Part shown: piece after piece, positions 58,180-64,000 of the stretch
Layout of the letters: the number at the start of each line of letters is the position of its first letter
Position numbering within the stretch: the stretch's first letter is position 1
Notes under the pieces: generated by a model
What the model was told of the DNA's origin: nothing
The model's database searches: none
The model's input: only the letters and a program-made list of their open reading frames with translations
Made by a program: the position numbers and the translations under genes
NCBI GenBank assembly: GCA_965207365.1
Contig: OZ242281.1
Location: 1,471,218-1,535,217, forward strand
Source of the DNA: Dehalococcoidia bacterium
Lineage (GTDB): Bacteria; Chloroflexota; Dehalococcoidia; Bin125
Length of the DNA: 64,000 nucleotides
Reading direction: 5' to 3'

Positions 58180-59457
58180 CTATGCCTCGGCGGCGGTGAG
58201 GTTTTCGAGGAACTCGGTGTTGGACTTGGTCCTGGCGAGACGGTCGAGGAGGCGCTCGGTTGGTTCGGTGGCGCCTCCTCCGGAGCCGGCGAGGACGGAC
58301 ATCATGCGGCGCAGCAACCAGACTCGCTGCAGCTCTTCTCCGGAGAGCAGGAGCTCTTCTCGCCGGGTTGAGGAGGCGGCGATGTCGATGGAGGGGTAGA
58401 TGCGGCGTTCGGCCAACTTGCGGTCGAGCCGGACTTCCCAGTTGCCAGTGCCCTTGAACTCCTCGAAGACGACATCGTCGAGCCGTGAGCCGGTGTCGAC
58501 AAGACAGGTGGCAATAATCGTCAGCGAGCCGCCCTCTTCCGCCTTGCGAGCGGAGCCGAAGAAGCGTTTGGGCGGGTATAGCGCGACCGGGTCGATGCCG
58601 CCTGAGAGCGTCCGTCCGGTCGAGGGCATTTCGAGGTTGTAGGCACGGGTCAGGCGTGTGATCGAGTCGAGCAGGATGACGACATCGCGGCCCATTTCCA
58701 TCAGTCGCTTGGCGCGTTCGAGACCGAGTTCGGCGACGCGGGTGTGTTCCTCGACCGGCTCGTCGAAGGTCGATGCGATCACTTCGCCGCGCACCGAGCG
58801 CTTCATCTCGGTGACCTCTTCAGGGCGCTCCCCAATCAGGACGACCATCAGATGGACCTCAGGATGGTTGATGGCGATGCCGTTGGCGATGGACTGCAGC
58901 AGCATGGTCTTGCCCGCTTTGGGCGGGCTGACGATCAGGCCGCGTTGTCCGCGGCCCATCGGCGCGACGAGGTCGATGACTCGGCCGGAAAGTTCGGCCG
59001 GGTCCTCGGTCTCGAGCAGGAACTTCTGATGCGGGAAGACGGCGGTGAGGTTCTCGAAGAATGGTCGGGAGGCGGCTTCGGTGGCGTTGGCGCCGTTGAC
59101 CATGTCAACGCGGGAGAGTCCGTAGTACTTCTCACCCTGTTTGGGCGGCCGGACCGAGCCGATCACGTAATCGCCGGTGCGCAGACCGGAGCGTCGCACG
59201 AGGCTCTGGGAGACGTAGACATCGGTTGGCGCCGGGAGCAGCGATTCTCCGCGCAGGAAGCCGTAGGAGTCGTCGACGACTTCGAGGACGCCTCCCGAGA
59301 GGATATGTCCTTCAGCCTCCGACTGGGCCTGCAGCAAGCGGAGCACGATGTCCTGCTTCTTCAGGCCGGACAGTCCGGTGACCTCAAGCTCTTTTGCTTT
59401 GGCAAGCAATTCCTCTCGGGTCAGGTGTTCGAGTTCGGGGATGTTCAGGCTCGTCAT
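58180..59457 (-). CDS. rho: transcription termination factor Rho
   Basis: N-terminal domain, cold-shock-like RNA-binding domain and RecA-like ATPase (Walker A GLIVSPPKAGKT). Confidence 0.9.
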   Translation of the reverse strand: MTSLNIPELEHLTREELLAKAKELEVTGLSGLKKQDIVLRLLQAQSEAEGHILSGGVLEVVDDSYGFLRGESLLPAPTDVYVSQSLVRRSGLRTGDYVIGSVRPPKQGEKYYGLSRVDMVNGANATEAASRPFFENLTAVFPHQKFLLETEDPAELSGRVIDLVAPMGRGQRGLIVSPPKAGKTMLLQSIANGIAINHPEVHLMVVLIGERPEEVTEMKRSVRGEVIASTFDEPVEEHTRVAELGLERAKRLMEMGRDVVILLDSITRLTRAYNLEMPSTGRTLSGGIDPVALYPPKRFFGSARKAEEGGSLTIIATCLVDTGSRLDDVVFEEFKGTGNWEVRLDRKLAERRIYPSIDIAASSTRREELLLSGEELQRVWLLRRMMSVLAGSGGGATEPTERLLDRLARTKSNTEFLENLTAAEA

Positions 59458-59760
59458 CGGCTACCTCTGCTTTGGGCGCTCTGCTTGCTGGGCTGTGATC
59501 TGATGGAAGCAACGGTCGGCATGTTGGTCGGACGGCACGGATTCAGTTTCGTGGTGTCGGCACTGCATGGACGGAGTCACGGAAGGGTCCGGAGAACAAC
59601 AACGTCTGGTCGAATCGGTGCTACTGCGCTCAACGACGCCGGTCATGTTGGGTGGCGCGGGGCGCGGAAGCCAAACTCAGGGGAACAGATCCAATCCTAG
59701 CCCCGCGCATCGCAGCTTGGCAAGCAATGAAGGCCGCAACCTCGGAGATTTTAGGTCAGA

Positions 59761-60450
59761 TTACGAAACCGGCTGCGCCCGAAGCTGCGCTTCCGCCTTG
59801 TGCCAATCGTCGAGGAAGGCCTGGATACCCTTGTCCGTGAGTGGATGCTGCTGCATCTGCTCGAGCACAGGAAAGGGGATCGTCGCGATGTGAGCGCCGA
59901 CGCGCGCGGCCTCGGCCGTGTGATCGGTGTTGCGCAGCGAAGCGGCAATGACCTGCGCCGGCAGATTGAAGCGGTCGAGCAGATTGACCGTGTCGGCGAC
60001 AAGCTGGATACCGCTTTCGCCGATGTCGTCCAGCCGTCCAACAAACGGTGAGACATAGGCTGCGCCGGCGCGGGCGGCCAGGAGCGCCTGGTTGAGGGAG
60101 AAGATCAGGGTGGTGTTGATCCGGATGCCCTCTTGCGAGAGCGCCTTGATTGCAGCGAGTCCTGGGCCGTCAATGGGAATCTTGACGACGACCTTCTCAT
60201 GCCAGGCGGCAAGCTCGCGGGCTTCCTCGATCAACTCAGCGGTCGTGCGTGAGACGCACTCAGCCGAAATGGGACCATCGACCATCTCGGCGATGCGCAG
60301 GATGCGTTCGCGGTAGGTGATCGCATTGTCGCCCTCGTGGGTGACGGCGCGGGAGTGCAGCGACGGGTTGGTCGTGATGCCGTCGCAGACGCCCCAGTCG
60401 ACGGCCTGTTGGATTTCGTCGAGTCGGGCGGTGTCGAGGAAGATTTTCAT
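59761..60450 (-). CDS. transaldolase / fructose-6-phosphate aldolase (short-type, Tal/FSA family)
   Basis: MKIFLDTARLDEI ... DGITTNPSL signature. 229 aa. Confidence 0.85.
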   Translation of the reverse strand: MKIFLDTARLDEIQQAVDWGVCDGITTNPSLHSRAVTHEGDNAITYRERILRIAEMVDGPISAECVSRTTAELIEEARELAAWHEKVVVKIPIDGPGLAAIKALSQEGIRINTTLIFSLNQALLAARAGAAYVSPFVGRLDDIGESGIQLVADTVNLLDRFNLPAQVIAASLRNTDHTAEAARVGAHIATIPFPVLEQMQQHPLTDKGIQAFLDDWHKAEAQLRAQPVS

Positions 60451-60520
60451 TGTGGCAGTTCCTTTACCGACGATTATGGCTGCATCGCGACGCAGCTATG
60501 GCTGCACTACGAGGTGGCCG

Positions 60521-60997
60521 CTATGGCTGCAAGGTAACGAGCGCGATCTGAACAGGCAGTAGCAGCGACATGAGGATCGCGAAGACGAGTGGTCCGCGGT
60601 CGTTAAGGGCGTCGGTCAGTTCGTCGGAGATCTGGCCGGTTTTGCGCGCCTGGAGGGAGAGCAGCCGGACTCGCCTGACGCCGGCGAACATACCCGGCAC
60701 GAGGACGAACAGCGAGACCAGGTAGAGCACTTCGGCGGCAAGCAGCCAGCCGGTCTCGATTGGATCGACACTCTCGGCGCGAATGCCCCAGACGGCGCCC
60801 AGCACGCCGGTCGCGATGATGCCCGGCAAGAGCAATCGGGTGTGAGCGCGGTCGGCAGAGCGGAAGAGGACATCACGCTCGACGGCGTCCTCGGTTTGCC
60901 AGGCGCGGGTCAGGGCGAGCGTCAACGCCGCGACGCCGCCAGCGAAGACCACGGTGGCGAGCGTGGTGAAAAAACGGAAGATATCGTCTTCGCTCAC
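60521..60997 (-). CDS. DUF2269-like integral membrane protein
   Basis: Four predicted TM helices. 158 aa. 4-nt overlap with pyrG. Confidence 0.5.
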   Translation of the reverse strand: MSEDDIFRFFTTLATVVFAGGVAALTLALTRAWQTEDAVERDVLFRSADRAHTRLLLPGIIATGVLGAVWGIRAESVDPIETGWLLAAEVLYLVSLFVLVPGMFAGVRRVRLLSLQARKTGQISDELTDALNDRGPLVFAILMSLLLPVQIALVTLQP

Positions 60998-62763
60998 GTG
61001 TGAGGGCCTTCGGCAGGTCCCCCTGTGAGGGGGAGTGTGGAGCTTGCCGCTCCCTCACGGTGGGTCGGCGAGGAGGCGGAACGATTGGTTGCGCCAGCCG
61101 GGTGGCGGAGGGCCGTTTCAGCTTCAGAAAGGACCGAGTCGATGAATCCGACGAAGAGTGGATGTGATCGCTCCGGGCGCGACTTGAGCTCGGGATGGAA
61201 CTGCGAGCCGAGCATGAAGGGATGACCGTGGACCTCGGCAATCTCGACCAGGGCGCCATCGCGCGACGTGCCGCTGGCGACGAGTCCGGCGCGCTCGAAT
61301 CGGTCACGGTACTCGGGATTGAACTCCCAGCGATGGCGATGCCGCTCGTGAGCAATTCCAGCGTCGTACAACTGTCGAGCACGCGTCTCGGGATGCAACT
61401 GGCAGGTATACATTCCCAGCCGCATCGTGCCGCCCTTCTCGCTCACTGCGCGCTGTTCGTCGAGCAGGGCGATGACGGGCGCGTCGGTGTCTTCGTCGGC
61501 CTCGGTCGTGTTGGCGTCCGGTAAGCCGAGCCGTTCTCGGGCAAACGCGATCACCATGTTCTGCATGCCCCGGCACAGCCCGAGGTAGGGAATCCGTTGC
61601 TGCAGTGCGAAGCGGGCCACGCCGATCTCGCCTTCGATCCCGCGCTCGCCAAACCCGCCCGGCACGATCACGCCGTCCACGTCGGCGAGTGCGGCGGCGA
61701 TCTCCGGCTGATCGGCTTCGTCGAGGTCGTCCGATTGGATCCAGGTGATATCGACGCTCGCACGGCGCTGCGCGCCGGCGTGAATCAGCGCTTCCTTGAC
61801 CGAGAGGTAGGCGTCTCGCAGCTCGACGTACTTGCCGACGATCGCGACGCGGCAGACTCGTTCGGTCTGGCCCAGCCGGTCGGTCCAATCCGTCCAGGCA
61901 TCGATTGAGCGATCCGAGACGCAGGGCTTCGGTTCCAGTCCAAGTCGATCCAGAGTGAGATCTGTGAGTCCGGCCCGTTCCAGCATTGAGGGGACCTGGT
62001 AGATCGATGAGGCGGTCTCGAGTGTCATGACAGCTTCGGACGGGACGTCGCAGAAGAGGGCGAGCTTGTCGGTAATCGACGCTTCAGCGGGGATGTCGGT
62101 GCGAGAGATGATCACGTCGGGCTGGATGCCCATGCTGCGCAGGGTGCGTACTGAGTGCTGGGTCGGTTTAGTTTTGAGTTCGTCAGTGGCCTTGAGATGG
62201 AAGAGCGGCGTGACGTGGATGGCGAGCGTGCCATTGCGCGGTTCTTCGTAGCGCATCTGGCGGATCGCTTCGAGGAAGGCCTGGCCTTCGATGTCGCCGA
62301 CGGTGCCGCCGACTTCTACGATCAGGACATCGACTCCGGCTTTCAGGGCCAGTCCTCGGACTCGTTCCTTGACCAGGTCGGTGACGTGCGGCACGGTCTG
62401 GATAGTGCCGCCGAGGTAGTCGCCGCGCCGTTCGCGCTCGATCAGCTCAGCCGAAATCTGGCCCATGGTGACTGACGAGGCGGAGGTTAAGTTCTGGTCG
62501 AGGAAGCGTTCATAGTGCCCCAGATCGAGGTCGGTTTCTGCGCCGTCGTCGGTCACGTAGACCTCACCGTGCTGGTAGGGCGACATCGTGCCGGGATCGA
62601 CGTTGAGATAGGGGTCAAGCTTCTGAACGGTGACGGAGAGGCCTCGCGACTGGAGCAGTCGACCGAGTGAGGCGGTGGTGATGCCCTTGCCGACGGAGGA
62701 GATGACGCCGCCGGTGATGAAGATGTACTTCGGTGACGGTTCGTCGCTACTCACTGGCCCCAT
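60994..62763 (-). CDS. pyrG: CTP synthase
   Basis: KYIFITGGVISSVGKG N-terminus and the glutamine amidotransferase domain with catalytic Cys (GLCRGMQ). About 40-aa C-terminal extension. Start at 62763. Confidence 0.9.
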   Translation of the reverse strand: MGPVSSDEPSPKYIFITGGVISSVGKGITTASLGRLLQSRGLSVTVQKLDPYLNVDPGTMSPYQHGEVYVTDDGAETDLDLGHYERFLDQNLTSASSVTMGQISAELIERERRGDYLGGTIQTVPHVTDLVKERVRGLALKAGVDVLIVEVGGTVGDIEGQAFLEAIRQMRYEEPRNGTLAIHVTPLFHLKATDELKTKPTQHSVRTLRSMGIQPDVIISRTDIPAEASITDKLALFCDVPSEAVMTLETASSIYQVPSMLERAGLTDLTLDRLGLEPKPCVSDRSIDAWTDWTDRLGQTERVCRVAIVGKYVELRDAYLSVKEALIHAGAQRRASVDITWIQSDDLDEADQPEIAAALADVDGVIVPGGFGERGIEGEIGVARFALQQRIPYLGLCRGMQNMVIAFARERLGLPDANTTEADEDTDAPVIALLDEQRAVSEKGGTMRLGMYTCQLHPETRARQLYDAGIAHERHRHRWEFNPEYRDRFERAGLVASGTSRDGALVEIAEVHGHPFMLGSQFHPELKSRPERSHPLFVGFIDSVLSEAETALRHPAGATNRSASSPTHREGAASSTLPLTGGPAEGPHT

Positions 62764-63013
62764 GATCCGTTTGTGACCCGCCCTGCAGGTTGACCAGGAG
62801 GTCGACCTGATCGCCATCGTTGAGCGGATCTTCCGGAAGCGCTTGCACCGAGTTGATGACGACGGCGATCGCTTCCCGGTCTTGCTCGGAGAACTCCTCA
62901 GACTCGAGGATGTGCTGCGTGGTGATGCCGTCGAACCAGTCAACGCTGAGGTTCGTCTGCTTCGATTTCGAGAGTGGGACAAGCGTCATGAAGAGCTTGA
63001 CGTTGATGGCCAT
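62747..63013 (-). CDS. MoaD/ThiS-family ubiquitin-like sulfur-carrier protein with 9-aa tail after the Gly-Gly
   Basis: INVKLF ... LNDGDQVDLLVNLQGG beta-grasp pattern. The ORF continues SQTDHGASE past GG and overlaps the pyrG start by 17 nt. Confidence 0.55.
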   Translation of the reverse strand: MAINVKLFMTLVPLSKSKQTNLSVDWFDGITTQHILESEEFSEQDREAIAVVINSVQALPEDPLNDGDQVDLLVNLQGGSQTDHGASE

Positions 63014-63046
63014 GTCGGACTCCGTCGCTGGTTGGTTGGGAGTGTA

Positions 63047-63883
63047 TCAACGGGCTGCGCCGAGGGCGTCGCTCACTTCACGCAATATGTGGACGGCTGC
63101 ACTGCGGACGCCGGGATTGTTCGGTTGGCCGCCCATCGGGTAGGGAAACAGCGTGGCGTAGCGGGACAGTGTGACGGCCATGTGCTGTGCGACGGGTGTG
63201 TACACAGCGTGCGGAACCTCGCGCCAGAAGGTCGCGGCTTCACCCCAGTTGCCGGCCAGCGCCTGGACATCATGCGAGTACTGCTGCGGCTCGATTTCGA
63301 GATTGCTGTCCAGCAGGCCGATTCGGTCGACCAGGTCGCGTTGGACTCGATCGACGGAACTTAGCATCGCTTGCGCTGCGGTCCGTTCAATCGCTTCAGG
63401 CTCTGGGGCGCCGCTGCGGCGAGCGCTGATCAGAATGTGCACAGGAGACTCATCAAGGTCGGATTCCGGCAGCCAGGGCGAGACCTGTTCGGTCATTGGA
63501 CCTTCACGCCGCCAGGCGCGGCGATCGTCGTCGCAACCCACGATGAGTCCCCAGGCCGGACCGAAGGGGGAAACGCCAATCCCGAAGACGGTCACCGGAC
63601 GGTCGACGCGCAACTCGCGGCGAATCCGTTGCCGCGTGAGCAAGCGTTGTAGTCGATTGGGATAGGTCGAGTACTTCACGTCGGCAGCAACGCCGAGCGC
63701 CGAGAGTCCGGCGCGTAGGTATGTGGGCAATTCTGCGTCCTGGGGCGGTTGGTAACTGAGGCCGGTGACCGATCCAACGATGTAGCTCGGTTGCGGCGCG
63801 CCAATCTGTCCAATATGAGCGACCAGACAGCCGACCAGCGGAGCCCAGTGGTACTCGTAACGAGCGTTGACGAACGCCTTCAC
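63047..63883 (-). CDS. hypothetical protein (possibly BtrH_N/DUF4872-like peptidase-fold)
   Basis: 278-aa ORF with an N-terminal Cys-containing block (APLVGCLVAHIGQ). Assignment is weak. Confidence 0.35.
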   Translation of the reverse strand: MKAFVNARYEYHWAPLVGCLVAHIGQIGAPQPSYIVGSVTGLSYQPPQDAELPTYLRAGLSALGVAADVKYSTYPNRLQRLLTRQRIRRELRVDRPVTVFGIGVSPFGPAWGLIVGCDDDRRAWRREGPMTEQVSPWLPESDLDESPVHILISARRSGAPEPEAIERTAAQAMLSSVDRVQRDLVDRIGLLDSNLEIEPQQYSHDVQALAGNWGEAATFWREVPHAVYTPVAQHMAVTLSRYATLFPYPMGGQPNNPGVRSAAVHILREVSDALGAAR

Positions 63884-64000
63884 ATCAGGCTCCTCAGCAC
63901 AGTGGCTTGAGCATACGGAGGCGCAGGTATGCTGAGACAGCCCATGCCAAACTCAACCAACGACCGCGCCGCAATTGAACCGACGATCGATGTCCTGGAC

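Noticed and set aside
59458-59760. 300-bp gap upstream of rho, inspected for a tRNA or small RNA
   Set aside because: No cloverleaf-compatible segments (no T-loop GTTCRANYC-like motif, no acceptor pairing) are seen. It is more likely the long rho leader known to mediate autoregulation. This could not be confirmed without covariance-model search.
63929-64000. Possible + strand ORF start (MLRQPMPNSTNDRAAIEPTIDVLD...) running off the window end
   Set aside because: Only 24 codons are visible and no recognisable domain, so it is not reported as a feature.
1-64000. Moco/FMN/TPP-type riboswitches upstream of moaA, the transketolase genes and others
   Set aside because: Upstream regions are either occupied by repeat elements or too short. 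No conserved riboswitch core motifs were recognisable by eye. This needs an Rfam/Infernal scan to exclude.

Overview
High-GC (~65%) bacterial chromosomal segment, probably Chloroflexota/Thermomicrobia-like or Actinobacteria-like; phylum not assignable from sequence alone. Densely packed, mostly housekeeping genes. Left to right: a TPR protein, moaC-moaA-rdgB, class I fructose-bisphosphate aldolase plus class 1 FBPase, folC-fabF, a split transketolase, proA, and a cluster of flavin/F420-type enzymes (three LLM oxidoreductases, two PNPOx-fold paralogs, a BKACE enzyme). Next come two convergent MoxR AAA+ modules (MoxR-DUF58-BatA/BatB-like on + and MoxR-DUF58-TgpA-like on -). Then an M23 peptidase, rsmE, the heat-shock operon hrcA-grpE-dnaK-dnaJ-prmA with a near-perfect CIRCE operator, a catalytically dead KAS paralog, a peptide ABC importer (substrate-binding protein plus two permeases, no ATPase genes), rho, transaldolase, pyrG and a MoaD/ThiS-like GG protein. 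No rRNA, tRNA or CRISPR was found. The most striking non-genic signal is a superfamily of hairpin-rich MITE-like repeats: at least 13 copies in four sequence families occupy nearly every larger intergenic gap, several with 7-9 bp target-site duplications, nested composites and what looks like a preserved empty target site. Accessory-looking inserts include a single-chain MNT-HEPN (nucleotidyltransferase plus HepT-like) gene in the dnaK-dnaJ spacer, a DUF4258/DUF2283 toxin-antitoxin-like pair between the LLM genes, a BrnT/BrnA-like pair, and a low-GC islet encoding a small protein plus a retropepsin-like (DTGA) aspartic protease.
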